DNA of 64,000 nucleotides, taken from Octopus vulgaris. Taxonomy: Eukaryota. Shown piece by piece: positions 27,004 to 39,866 of this stretch. Position 1 is the stretch's first letter, and each line of letters opens with the position of its first letter. The notes under the pieces are model-generated. The model was given only the letters and a program-made list of their open reading frames with translations, made no database searches and had not been told where the DNA came from. Made by a program: the position numbers and the translations under genes. The stretch is from contig OX597814.1 of assembly GCA_951406725.2 (NCBI GenBank), positions 87,544,001-87,608,000 of the forward strand. Reading direction: 5' to 3'.

Positions 27004-29466
27004 GATTGATTGATTGATTGATTGATTGATTCCAGTTTCAGCTCATGAGCTGTGGCCATGCTGGGGCACCGCCATTTGGTGTTGCTACTTGGTTTCACTT
27101 CATGGAGGCTTTCTAGCAACTGCTATTTGGTGCATGAGAGAGTTCGATACAGCTGCCCTCATCTGCCCCTCCTGCCGTGAAGTTGGTTCATCTGGGACAC
27201 CTGACAGGAAGAGATCCAGCTTCATTTTAAAGACATCTGTATCCACCCCATGCAGGTCTCTCAGGTTCTTCGGGAGGATATTGAAGAGCTGTGGGCCTCG
27301 GAAGCCCAGGCTATCACAGAATCTTGTCCTACATCTTGATGGCAGGTTTGGAGTCCTAGGCACCACGCAGTGGCGCCCAGTTCTGGCATTTGCGTAACTC
27401 TCGATGCCAAAGTTCAGGACACTTCCCTCCAGGATCTTCCAGATGTATATTATGGCATATCTTTCCCGCCTACGCTCCAGGGAATATAATTTTAATCTCT
27501 TGAGTCTTTCCCAGTAGCTTACATTCTGCATAGAGGCTATCTTCTTTGTGTAGCTTCGTTGGATCGCCTCAAGTTCTGTGATCAACTTGACACTGGATGG
27601 TGACCATAGCTGAGAGCAATAGTCAAAGTGGCTTAGGACAAGTGTCTTCCAGAGGACCATCATGGTTTCTTGTTCTCTTGTTCTAAAGGTTCTAAGAATC
27701 CATCCAGCCAGCCGTCTACATTTCATTGTCAGTTTAGCAACATGTACATGAAAGGTCGCGTCATCACTCATGTGAATACCCAGGTCACGCACTGATTGTG
27801 CCTCTGGGATTGCAATCCCTCCGGGTCCAGTGTATTCATTGGGTATTGCATTCAGTTTTGCATGCTGATAGTATAAAGCTTGAAACTTTCCAGCATTGAA
27901 CTGCATGCTATTCTTTTCAGCCCACTTGTATATTTCGTCCAGCTCACATTGCAGGTGTTTAGTGTCCTCAGGGTTCTGTATTGCCTGTGAAACTTTTGTA
28001 TCATCTGCATAACTTGTGATCGTGGCTCTCTGCGTGGCTGAGGGCATGTCTGAGAGGGCCATTATGAACAGTAGTGGTCCCAGAACAGTGCCCTGCGGAA
28101 CACCGCTCACTATTTGTGTGTTAATGGAGGTGGCCCCATTGGCTACTACCACCTGACTTCTATCCTTCAGAAAGTCATGAAGCCATTCTCCCAGTTTTCC
28201 AACTATGTTGAGATCACGCAGTTTGTGACATATCATTCCATGATCGACTTTATCAAAGGCCTTTGCAAAGTCGAGATATATCACTTCCACATTTGAGTGG
28301 TTGAGCAGCCGTTTCAGCACCCAGTCATAGTGTTGTAGGAGCTGAGTTAAACAGCTTCTCCCTGGTCGGAAACCATGTTGGGTGTCGGGCAGCAAGTCAT
28401 TCTCTTCAAGGAAGGTGATCAGCTTCCTTCTGACTATTCGTTCCATGACCTTGCTGATGTGTGAGGTCAGAGAGATAGGTCTATAGTTCTTGGCTTCCGC
28501 TCTGCTACCTCCTTTATGAATGGGGCATATTTTACCTTCCTTCAGTTTTCCTGGAAGTTTGCCAGCTGCAAGGAAGCTCTGAAAGAGGAACTGCAGTGGT
28601 CTTGCTAGGACTCTCTTACATGCTTTTAGGAGGATTGCCGGGAATCCATCGGGGCCAGTAGCTGAGTCTGTTTTCATTTCATCTATAGCCTTGGTTACAT
28701 CGTCTTCCTTTATATCGATGTAATCTATCGTCGCCGCCTCTGATTTTATATCTGCAGTGGTAAAAAAGTCAGTTGGATTGGTGATTTGGAGATGCCCAAG
28801 GGGTGGAGTGAAAACACTCTTGAATTGCTCATTCAGTATTTCACTTACCCTCATTGGTTTTCCTGTAAGTGTGCCATCCTTTTCGAGGAGTGGCCCTATT
28901 CTACAGTGCACTGTAGCTGTTTCTTTGGCATACCTGTAGAAAGCTCTGGGGTTAGATTTTATGATTTCTATAGCCCAGGCTTCTTTGTCTGCTCTTTCTT
29001 TTTCATGGGAGAGTTGCAGACATTTTTCGATTTCCAACAGTTTTATTTTTAGGCGGGACTTTTCACTGCTTTCAATCTGTTTGTTTAGGCGATTTGAAAA
29101 TTTCGTACGCCGTCTCATTAAAATTTTCCTCTCTCTGGGGATTTTGTTCTTGTGTACAGTGGCCTTTCTCTCTGGGACACATTTGTAGCATATGGCTTGC
29201 ATTACAGACATGAATTGTTGAAGTTTCACGTCGATGTCTGGCGAGGAGAGACATTTAGGCCAGTTTTGTTTGAGGATCTCTTTCTCAATTTGTTTCCAGT
29301 TTGCCTTATGGTAGTTCAAGTTGGAAAGATTTTGAGGGTTTCTTGTAGGCTGCATGTCCGTGCTCTCTTTTGGCCCGTACATGGTCAGCTCTATCATGTT
29401 GTGATCCGAGAGTAGTGTCGGTGTCACTTTCACATTATGGATGAGATCCATGTCATTTGTGAAGCA
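27004..29466 (-). mobile_element. CR1-group LINE, 5'-truncated, open frame from the end of the APE domain through RT; (AATC)n tail
   Basis: The real part of ORF 27100..30315 starts at ~29465 ([14 protein letters not shown]). Motifs [71 protein letters not shown]. (GATT)n lies at 27004-27031. Confidence 0.92.
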
Positions 29467-29531
29467 AATATATACATATATACGTATATATACATATATA
29501 TATATATATACATATATACATATACATACAT

Positions 29532-29564
<33 letters not shown>

Positions 29565-29814
29565 CATACATATATATATATATATATACATACATATATA
29601 TATATATACATATACATACATATATATATATATACATATACATACATATATATATATATATATACATATACATACATATATATATATATATATACATATA
29701 CATACATATATATATATATATATATACATACATATATATATATATACATATACATACATATATATATATATATATACATATACATACATATATATATATA
29801 TATATATACATACA

Positions 29815-29856
<42 letters not shown>

Positions 29857-30207
29857 CATACATATATATATATATATATACATATACATACATATATATA
29901 TATATATATACATATACATACATATATATATATATACATATACATACATATATATATATATATATATACATATACATACATATATATATATATATATATA
30001 CATATACATACATATATATATATATATATATACATATACATACATATATATATATATATACATATACATACATATATATATATATATACATATACATACA
30101 TATATATATATATATACATATACATACATATATATATATATATATACATATACATACATATATATATATATATACATATACATACATATATATATATATA
30201 TATACAT

Positions 30208-30288
<81 letters not shown>

Positions 30289-30297
30289 TACATATAT
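29467..30297. repeat. (TA)n/(TACA)n microsatellite
   Basis: Seen directly. Confidence 0.95.
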
Positions 30298-30680
30298 CAT
30301 CATCATCATCATCATCGTTTAAACGTCCGTTCTCCATGCTAGCATGGGTTGGACGGTTCGACCGGGGTTCTGGGAAGCCAGAAGGCTGCACCAGGCTCCA
30401 GTCTAATCTGGCCATGTTTCTACAGCTGGATGCCGTTCCTAACGCCAACCACTCCGTGAGTGTAGTGGGTGCTTTTTACGTGCCACCTGCACAGGTGCCA
30501 GGCGAGGCTGGCAACGGCCACGGTCAGATTGGTGTATTTTATGTGCCACCGGCACGGAAGCCAGTCGAGGCGGTGCTGGCATCGGCCACGAGTCGGATAG
30601 TGCTTTTTACGTACCACCAGACCAGGGATCCTGGCTGGTTCAATTCGATTTCGATTTCGCTTGCCCCAACATGTCTTCAC
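30298..30680 (-). mobile_element. RTE LINE 3'-end fragment with (GAT)n tail
   Basis: Reverse complement of the 38250-38450 type tail (aaaagcacccactacactc..ccatgctagcatgg..gatgatgatg). Confidence 0.8.
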
Positions 30681-32233
30681 AATACAAGATAAGAAAATGG
30701 AGAAATACAACTAAATCAAATATCAATTACACGATAATACTCAATCACATACTTTATTAAACCACCACATAAGAGACTGTAGGGTTACATATAAAAAGCA
30801 GAACAAATCAGTGTACATACAGTAGTGTACATAAAAAAGTGTACATAAAAGAGTAATGATGTATTATAAGTAGAATATATATAAAAGAGAATATAAGTAT
30901 AGATTACATCTTACAGCTGTTTCGGCCATGTAGATAAGTATGTCTCATTTTACCAATATTAGCCTTTTATGGTAGGTCAATATATAGATATAAATGAGAC
31001 ATTTACAAAAATATCATAAGGCCTCTTCGGAGATTATGTAATATAAATCAGTCTACATATATATCCACATGGGTGTGGGTACATCTCCATAATACAACAT
31101 ATACATATACATATGAGTGCATATACTCACACTCCTATACATATAAAAATATACATATACATAATGATATAAATAAATAATATAAATTAGTAAACATATA
31201 TATGTTCCACATTCAACGTCTCAGTTTTTCGACTTAATATTGTGATAATAAACATACACATATTGAACCTAGATGCAAATATACATAGGCAATAGTACAT
31301 TATATTACTTCATACTAATTTCTAAAGTGTCATTGAAGTTAGCATCATTATCGTTGTCAATAAAATAAATGTTACCATTATTATCATTCATAAAATTATT
31401 AATAACGCTTACATTAGGATCCAGATTAGCACATAAGTATGTCCGGGTTCCAGTTAGTAATTTTTCTTATGACATAAATACACTATTGGATTTGAATTTA
31501 AAATTATCATTATCTTCCTCATGGTTGGTCCATTGAGAGCCGTTCGACCACTACCACACCACACAAGCAAAACATACACATCCACATCTAACCCTAAACC
31601 CACACATCCACACAGAAACTCACACACACATGAATACACCCCTACACATCGCCACACTTTCACTGAAATGCAGAGTGCATGTCTGTCATCGCATGGCTTA
31701 TAGACAAATCAGTACAGGCAGCAGTGTCTAACACTAACACACACACTCACATGCACATCCACATATACGCATAAATATTAGTACACTCACATATACTGTG
31801 TTAGGGAACATTCGCACACACATATATATATATATTAAAATACGCACTCATACGTACAACTAAAACCTATATTTATATCCATCCATGAATACATATTCGC
31901 ATATACATATATACATATCCAAATATGCACCTGCGTGCTCTTATGTGTAATAAAAACATACATCCGTACATCCACCCACGATCATACCTATATGTACAAA
32001 AACATACATATGTCCATATACACATTTTCACATACCCCGACACCTCAACTCACATCCTCTAAATCATAAATTAAAATATATGTCTGCCCATCCAAAAACG
32101 TATATATACATACACAAAAAGTAAACAGAAGTTACTATTAATTTAGATATAAGTTCATTAATTATAAATTAAATTAATTATAGATTAGTAAGTGCCAGAT
32201 AAATTAAAAATAAATAATTAAATAAATAAATAT

Positions 32234-32270
<37 letters not shown>

Positions 32271-34573
32271 CATGTATAGATAAGTAGATAAATAAAATGG
32301 AATACAAATTAAGGAAGGCACAAAGATAAAAAAATTAAAAAAAACACACACCTTATATGCTCATCGAGATAAACAACTTATACTAATTATAGACTCTTAC
32401 ATATTACATATTGGTATAGCAAAAACTCAAACTAGTGCCCTAAGATATGATGCGCATATACACCTTACACCGATAAAAGACTCTATGGGGTTCCGAATAT
32501 TATGCATATATCAGAATAACCATATATTTTTGTATATTCTTCCAGTCGGGACAGAAACAATCAATGTAGAACACATACATGGAGACACAAAGTTATAAAT
32601 TATAAATTGTAAGGACCAATAGTACCGTCCTATATAGATGAATGCTAAAAGATTACTGGTAGAAGAATTAGATGTTATTTAAATCTAGAGAGAGTGTACA
32701 CCAATTTGTGAAGGCAAAAAAAAATTCTGCTCATTAATGCTGTTAATAATGGGTTGGCCGGCTTTGATGATGAAGAAAATTTCATTGATACATAAAGAGC
32801 ATTTTTTATTTCTACTACTGTATACAGGTGCAGATGTTAGTATTTTCCAATCTAATTTAAAATCTATGTTCTTACTCTTGAGTTCCCAGATATACGTACT
32901 TAACCCCGTTGAGTTCATCCTATTTTTATTTTTAAAAGTATATCTATGATAGTTTAGCCGTTGTTTTATACTATTTTTAGTCGCACCAACGTACACCCTG
33001 CTATTATATTGTGTATTTACAGTACATTGGTAAACCACCTCTCTCCTCAGGCATTTATTACCAAACACATTGATTCTTGCTTCTGCAATTGCAGTCATTA
33101 ACAGATTGAGGAGATTTAACCCTGGCAGAAATCCCCGTAGCCCTATTTCTGTTGGTATTACTGCACTTATTTTCACTACTACCCATGTTTATCATTCTAT
33201 CATTATAGAAGCAATCTAATTTCTTGTTGTTGAAGGAGGAGATGATGGTGGCTAGATTGTTCGCGATACTATATCCAATTCTAATAGTTCTATTGTTAAT
33301 TATTTGGCTAAATTTATTCTTACCCTTAGTAAATAGTCTATATATTACTTTATGTATTGTTCTGACTATATCGGTTTTAATCTGCATTGCATATGGTATT
33401 ATTAGCCATAGTGTATCGTCATCACTATGTGGATTACTCCTCAAATTGTTATTCTTGGGAAAAACCCTATTATTCTTCCAACCCATATGTTTTCTGCCCT
33501 TAGTATTGTCAATATAATGCCTAGATTTCCCCTTTGGATTGGTTTTATCAGTGACTTTTTTGTTATTCTTATTCTTCTTATTATTATTGCTTAGATGAAC
33601 TCCACTATTACCATATATATTATCAATGTTAGTATGGCTATTGTTAATATCCCTACTCCTAATAGTTCCACCTGCGTTTGAAGGATTATTATTGGGTATA
33701 TACCAAATTTTATTCTTGTAGCCTGCCTTCAGCAATGCCATGTTGTATTTTTCAGAATGCTTATTGAATACGTCCTCGTTTGAGGATAGATAAGAGATTC
33801 CCTGACTAATACTTCGTACCGGTGGCCTCGTTCCTACATTCCTGGTTTATTTTGCTATCACTGTTTTCATGGTGGAAAATCTTCCATCTTATCCTGTGAA
33901 TGAACTCATTAATTCTATAAATTAGCTCTTTGGTGTAGTGGTCCTTAGTAGGGATAGGTACATCCTTCATTGATGAATTGATTAGTATTTTCTCCATTTT
34001 ACCAGCAGTATTGATCTTTCAGGAATAAATGTACTATACTTGGGTGTATTCACATACACTGTCAGTACTTAGAGTAATGAGTGGATGCTTCAAGTATACA
34101 AGCATTAGCAATTCATATTCCTCAGAAAGTTAACTATAGTTACAAATTGAGATAGAGGTTGTAAATGCAACCCTCCATGGGATAACATATATCCAATATA
34201 CTGCTAGTGAAGTACGCAACAAAGTTAATACATAAATGTTAATGATTGCGATGCAATCAATTCATTTACTGTATTATATGGGCAAAGGTAAAATGATTTA
34301 CTACAAATTACTAATACAAGATAAGAAAATGGAGAAATACATCTAAATCAAATATCAATTACACGATAATACTCAATCACATACTTTATTAAACCACCAC
34401 ATAAGAGACTGTAGGGTTACATATAAAAAGCAGAACAAATCAGTGTACATGTAATCTATACATGTAAGATGTAATCTATACTTATATTCTCTTTTATATA
34501 TATTCTACCTATTATACATCATTACTCTTTTATGTACACTTTTTTATGTACACTACTGTATGTACACTGATTT
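30681..34573 (-). mobile_element. Penelope-like element 3 (Naiad-like): RT-deleted derivative retaining both pLTR ends, with a 5' inversion
   Basis: The ORF start at 33997 (MEKILINSSMKDVPIPTK..LIYRINEFIHRIRWK) is joined at ~33815 to the thumb, then linker and GIY-YIG (33741-32685). Direct repeat 30681-30818 = 34313-34450. Inverted piece 34463-34573 is the reverse complement of 30805-30915. Confidence 0.88.
30903..31042 (-). ncRNA. Hammerhead ribozyme, CCGAAGA core, 100-nt stem II, GUA cleavage triplet (PLE 3)
   Basis: Minus strand reads AUUACAUAAUCU-CCGAAGA-GGCC...GGCC-GAAAC-AGCU-GUA-AGAUGUAAU; stem I pairs well. Confidence 0.75.
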
Positions 34574-34955
34574 TGGCATTGTAAGCTACACCAATGCTAC
34601 AACAGGACGACACTGCATAGTGCCAAAGATCCCAGCAATGCCATCACGCTTCAGGACCAGCTACTGCAACAGCCTGGGTTTCAAGGGCCCACAGCTTTTT
34701 AATATTCTCCCAAAGAGTCTGAGGAACTTGCACAAAGTAGATGTAGTGGTTTTTAAATCAAAGCAGGACATCTTCCTGTCGAGAGTCTCAGATGAACCTA
34801 CCTCATGGCAAGAGGTGCAAATGAGAGTAGCTATATCAAACTCCATTCTTCACCAAGTGCCACATATTAGAGGAGGCTCTTCGTAATAACAGTGTAGCAC
34901 AAAATGGCGGTGCATCAGCATGGCTGCAGCTCTGAGCTGAAACAAGGAAAAAAAA

Positions 34956-34956
<1 letters not shown>
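34574..34956 (+). mobile_element. CR1-type LINE 3' fragment
   Basis: ORF 34560-34886 ([35 protein letters not shown]) is homologous to the C-terminus of the ORF ending at 27100. Confidence 0.85.
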
Positions 34957-35006
<50 letters not shown>

Positions 35007-35403
35007 CATATACATACATATATACATACATATACATACATATATACATACATATACATATATATACATACATATACATATATATACATACATATACATA
35101 TATATACATACATATACATATATATACATACATATACATATATATACATATATATATATACATACACATATATACATACACATATATAGATACACATATA
35201 TACATACATATATATATATAAACACATATATATATATAAATACATATACATATATATAAATATATAAATACATATATATACATACCTATATATATATATA
35301 TATATATACATATACATACCAATATATAAATATACATATATATATACATACATATATATATATATATACATATACATACCTATATATAAATATACATATA
35401 TAT

Positions 35404-35450
<47 letters not shown>

Positions 35451-35471
35451 CATACCTATATATAAATATAC

Positions 35472-35516
<45 letters not shown>

Positions 35517-35780
35517 CATACCTATATATAAATATACATATATATATACATATATATACATATACATACCTATATATAAATATACATATATATATACATA
35601 CATATATATATACATATACATACATATATACATATACATACATATATATATACATATACATACATATACATATATATATATACATATACAAACATATACA
35701 TATATATATATACATATACATACATATACATATATATATATATACATATACATACACATATATATATATATACATATACA

Positions 35781-35811
<31 letters not shown>

Positions 35812-35818
35812 ATATATA
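34957..35818. repeat. (TA)n/(TACA)n microsatellite with higher-order variant units (..tacctatatataaa..)
   Basis: Seen directly. Confidence 0.95.
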
Positions 35819-35895
35819 CCTAAATACCAAAATTTGCCAATGTCCTGCGCTGGGAGGATGAAAGACTTGAGGTATTTCGTGTTGCAAGACAGTGT

Positions 35896-37737
35896 GTGAG
35901 AGAGAATTGTGACGTAGTAGGAGAGAAATGTGTTCGCGAGGATGACGGTTCACTTGCGCTAAATGAGGATGCAAAGAGAGAGGTTTGGAGACGCCATTAT
36001 GAAAGGTTGCTGAATAAAGAAAATGAATGGGATAAAGAGAGTCTGCCGAATGTTGACCCAACAGAGGGACCAGCTATCCGAGTTGATAGTTCCGTGGTAG
36101 CTAAGGCAATTAGAAGCATGAAGACAGGGAAAGCCCCAGGCCCATCAGGAATCACTGCAGAGATGCTCAAAATGTCTGGTAGTGTCGGCTATAGCCTAGT
36201 CACACGTATAGTTAACCAGGTGATACACGAAGGAGTCATACCCAATGACTGGTGTAGCAGCATAATAGTCAGTTGCTACAAAGGTAAAGGTGACGCCCTA
36301 GATACAAATAACTACAGGGGTATCAAGCTGCTGGATCAGGTAATGAAGGTTATGGAGAGGGTTATAGCCCAACTAATTAGAGAGAGAATTAGCTTAGATG
36401 AGATGCAGTTTGGGTTCGTGCCAGGGAGAAGTACTACTGATGCTATATTCCTGGTAAGACAGCTGCAGGAGAAATACCTAGCCAAAGATAAGCCCCTGTA
36501 CCTGGCTTTTGTTGACATGGAGAAAGCCTTCGACAGGGTTCCCCGATTCCTTATCTGGTGGTCAATGAGGAAACTAGGGATAGATGAATGGTTAGTGAGA
36601 GCTGTGCGAGCCATGTACAGAGACGCTGCTAGTAAGGTGAGGGTTGGCAACGAGTACAGTGAAGAATTCCGGGTAGAGGTTGGGGTCCACCAAGGTTCAG
36701 TCCTCAGTCCCCTCCTATTTATCATAGTCCTCCAGGCAATAACGGAGGAATTCAAGACAGGATGCCCCTGGGAGCTCCTCTATGCTGATGACCTTGCTCT
36801 AATTGCTGAGTCACTATCAGAACTGGAGGAGAAGTTTCAGGTGTGGAAGCAAGGTCTAGAATCAAAGGGCCTCAGAATCAATCTAGCCAAAACCAAAGTC
36901 CTAATAAGTAGGAAAGTAGACATGTCACAAACGCCTTCAGGTAGATGGCCCTGCTCGATCTGTAAAAAAGGTGTAGGTAGAAACTCTATAAGGTGCACCA
37001 AGTGCAAGCTATGGACACATAAGAGGTGTAGCAATGTCAAAGGAAGGCTAACTAGGAAAATAGTTTTTGTCTGTGGCAGATGCTCAGGAGCAATAAACAC
37101 TGAAAATGTGCAGAGACCAACGTCTACCATGTTCCAGGGAGAAAAACTAGAAGTAGTTGATAGCTTACGCTACCTAGGTGACCAAGTCAGTAGCGGGGGT
37201 GGGGGTGCTGAAAGTGTAACTGCTAGAGTAAGAATAGCCTGGGCAAAGTTTAGAGAGCTCTTACCCCTGCTGGTGACAAAAGGCCTCTTGCTCAGAGTAA
37301 AAGGCAGATTGTATGATGTATGTGTACGTACAGCCATGCTACATGGTAGTGAAACATGGGCTGTGACTGCTGAGGATATGCGTAAGCTCGCAAGAAATGA
37401 AGCCAGTATGCTCCGATGGATGTATAATGTCAGTGTTCATAATCGACAGAGTGTAAGTACCTTGAGAGAAAAGTTGAACCTAAGAAGCATCAGTTGTGGT
37501 GTGCAAGAGAGACGTCTGCTCTGGTATGGGCATGTGACGAGAATGGGTGAAGATAGTTGTGTGCAAAAGTGCCACACTCTAGCAGTTGAGGGAACCTGTG
37601 GAAGAGGTACACCCAGGAAAACCTGGGACGAGGTAGTGAAGCACGACCATCGAACTTTAGGTCTCACCAAGGAAATGACTAGAGACCGAGACCTACGGAA
37701 GTATGCTGGGCGTGAGAAGACCCGGCAAGACCAGTGA
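35896..37737 (+). CDS. RTE reverse transcriptase (partial) with inserted PHD-like Cys/His finger
   Basis: Motifs [81 protein letters not shown]-like. Confidence 0.88.
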   Translation: MRENCDVVGEKCVREDDGSLALNEDAKREVWRRHYERLLNKENEWDKESLPNVDPTEGPAIRVDSSVVAKAIRSMKTGKAPGPSGITAEMLKMSGSVGYSLVTRIVNQVIHEGVIPNDWCSSIIVSCYKGKGDALDTNNYRGIKLLDQVMKVMERVIAQLIRERISLDEMQFGFVPGRSTTDAIFLVRQLQEKYLAKDKPLYLAFVDMEKAFDRVPRFLIWWSMRKLGIDEWLVRAVRAMYRDAASKVRVGNEYSEEFRVEVGVHQGSVLSPLLFIIVLQAITEEFKTGCPWELLYADDLALIAESLSELEEKFQVWKQGLESKGLRINLAKTKVLISRKVDMSQTPSGRWPCSICKKGVGRNSIRCTKCKLWTHKRCSNVKGRLTRKIVFVCGRCSGAINTENVQRPTSTMFQGEKLEVVDSLRYLGDQVSSGGGGAESVTARVRIAWAKFRELLPLLVTKGLLLRVKGRLYDVCVRTAMLHGSETWAVTAEDMRKLARNEASMLRWMYNVSVHNRQSVSTLREKLNLRSISCGVQERRLLWYGHVTRMGEDSCVQKCHTLAVEGTCGRGTPRKTWDEVVKHDHRTLGLTKEMTRDRDLRKYAGREKTRQDQ

Positions 37738-37796
37738 GAACAGTCAAAATCAAACTAAATCAACATCAGTGGAAATTGCAGCTGTGGTTAAGCGAA

Positions 37797-38250
37797 CCAT
37801 CCGATCGTTTGTCCGTTGCCACCCTCGCTGGCCCCCGTGCCGTTGGCACGTAAAAGCACCGTCCGCTCGTGTCCGTTGCCAGCCTCGCCTGGCCCCCGTG
37901 CCGTTGGCACGTAAAAGCACCATCCGCTCGTGTCCATTGGCAGCTTCGCCTGGCCCCCGTGCCGGCAGCACGTAAAAGCACCATCCGTTCGTGTCCGTTG
38001 CCAGCCTCGCCTGGCCCCCGTGCCGTTGGCACGTAAAAGCGCCATCTGCTCGTGTCCGTTGCCAGCCTCGCCTGGCCCCCGTGCCGTTGGCACGTAAAAG
38101 CACCGTCCGCTCGTGTCCGTTGCCAGCCTCGCCTGGCCCCCGTGCCGGTAGCACGTACAAGCAGCATCTGTTCGTGTCCGTTTCCAGCCTCGCCTGGCCC
38201 CCGTGCCGGTAGCACGTAAAAGCAGCATCCGTTCGTGGCCGTTTGCCAGC
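37797..38250 (+). repeat. GC-rich ~61-bp tandem array (about 7.5 units) in the RTE 3' UTR
   Basis: gtccgttgcc-like starts at 37811, 37871, 37932, 37993, 38054, 38115 and 38176; each unit has a GTGCC-nnn-GGCAC hairpin or a variant of it. Confidence 0.92.
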
Positions 38251-38479
38251 TTTGTCTGGCACCTGTGCAGGTGGCACGTAAAAAGCACCCACTACACTCA
38301 CGGAGTGGTTGGCGTTAGGAAGGGCATCCAGCCGTAGAAATACTGCCAAATCTGACTGGGCCTGATGAAGCCTCCCAGCTTCACAGACCCCAGTTAAACC
38401 GTCCAACCCATGCTAGCATGGAAAACGGACGCTAAATGATGATGATGATGATATATACATACATATACATATACATATA

Positions 38480-39032
38480 TATGGTGGCTGCCCCCTCGTT
38501 ATCGAGTATGGTCATTGCACGAAGCTTAATCAATGTTGTTATCATGTAATGCCTGTGCAAGAAGATTCTTTTTTTAAAGTGAGAAAAGGCTGTGCACTGA
38601 TTCAATCCCACTCACTAAGCATCAGCAGCCATAATCCGAAAAGAAGAACAAGTCAACATCATCGGTAACCACTGAGCCGCAGTTTTATGTCGGAGTTATC
38701 CCAGTTACCTGAGTTACCTTTTCCTAGAAGGATGCCCTAACAAAGGCTAGGAGTCCTTCACTCCCAATGGTTTAACCGCGCGATCGGATATTCAGTCCGA
38801 TTATTTCTATGTCCCCGCGCACGATACAGCCTTAAGACATTTATTGGATGGCCGTTGACTCTCAAGAGTTCCTCCGCCCTTTGACGGGTTTTGTTTTTCA
38901 TCCCGCAGGGTGTCCAATAAACACCCTCCTCACCAAGCAAGCTTGGTGGGGTTGCCAGTTTAGTAGCCGACGACCCGACCATGCAACAGGTTGTACTGGG
39001 TTACATGTTACCAGCAGCACTCGAAAGTGACC
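38480..39032 (-). mobile_element. Probable non-autonomous bipartite RTE-derived element (5' UTR + 3' end, no ORF)
   Basis: The minus strand contains tcctagcctttgttagggcatccttctaggaaaaggtaactc (RTE-5'UTR-like) and ends atgaccatactcgataacgagggggcagccaccat (RTE-3'-like). It is GC-rich and sits between TA arrays. Confidence 0.45.
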
Positions 39033-39043
39033 TTATATATATG

Positions 39044-39075
<32 letters not shown>

Positions 39076-39253
39076 CATACACAAACACATATATATGCAT
39101 ACATACGCACACACACATATATACATACATACACACACATATATATAAATACACACACACACACACACATATATATATGTACATACACACACACACACAC
39201 ACATATATATATACACACACACACACATATATATATATACATACATACACACA

Positions 39254-39314
<61 letters not shown>

Positions 39315-39325
39315 ATATTTACACG
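39033..39325. repeat. (TA)n/(CA)n microsatellite
   Basis: Seen directly. Confidence 0.95.
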
Positions 39326-39866
39326 TGTGTGTGTAACGGGAGAAATTGATTAGGTAAACAATGTGTTGATGTTGAAGTCAGCTGGTGTGCCGATAAAAGT
39401 TTGTTATTAAAATGGCAAGTTGTAAAATGTGTAAGATGAACAACGGGTGAAGTTTTTAAGAAAAATATTTATTTACCGTTATGTTACAATACCTTGCCTC
39501 GACGAGCAGGTTGATAAATCCAAAAGCATGCGAAAGTTAGTTTGTTGCGGTATCCACTTCATTGTTTAGTAGTAATTGTGGAGACAGATGGAATGATGTT
39601 GTAGGAGAACAGAATTAGAGCTAGAGAGAATTGTTAGGTGTTGTCTCAAGTTGCTGACAGTAAACTTCATTCTTCACTCTGACCAAGGCTGGTCAGCCAG
39701 ACCTCGTTGAGTCGTCACCCGGCTGGTGACTAACCGATTTTTGCTTGGGATGTGCTTGCTTATATTAAGATCCAGAAGGATAGATATATTATTGAGAACA
39801 ATTGATTTAGTTGGTGGTCTTGTAATCTATTCTAGCTTTTGGTGAAGTAGAAGAGGTTAGAAAGGG

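Larger units (their letters stand above)
35829..38452 (+). mobile_element. RTE-clade LINE, 5'-truncated, with intact RT frame, tandem-repeat 3' UTR and (GAT)n tail
   Basis: ORF 35896-37737; tandem array at 37797-38250; tail gatgatgatg at ~38437-38451. Confidence 0.92.

Noticed and set aside
29467-30315. N-terminal ~280 aa of the 1071-aa ORF
   Set aside because: Microsatellite fused in frame to a 5'-truncated LINE; the real coding part starts at ~29465.
37797-38250. CRISPR-like appearance of the palindromic 61-bp repeats
   Set aside because: There are no unique spacers and no cas genes; it is a tandem repeat in a LINE 3' UTR of a eukaryote.
39331-39799. Possible solo LTR (TG...CA)
   Set aside because: No target-site duplication, PBS/PPT or second copy in the window.
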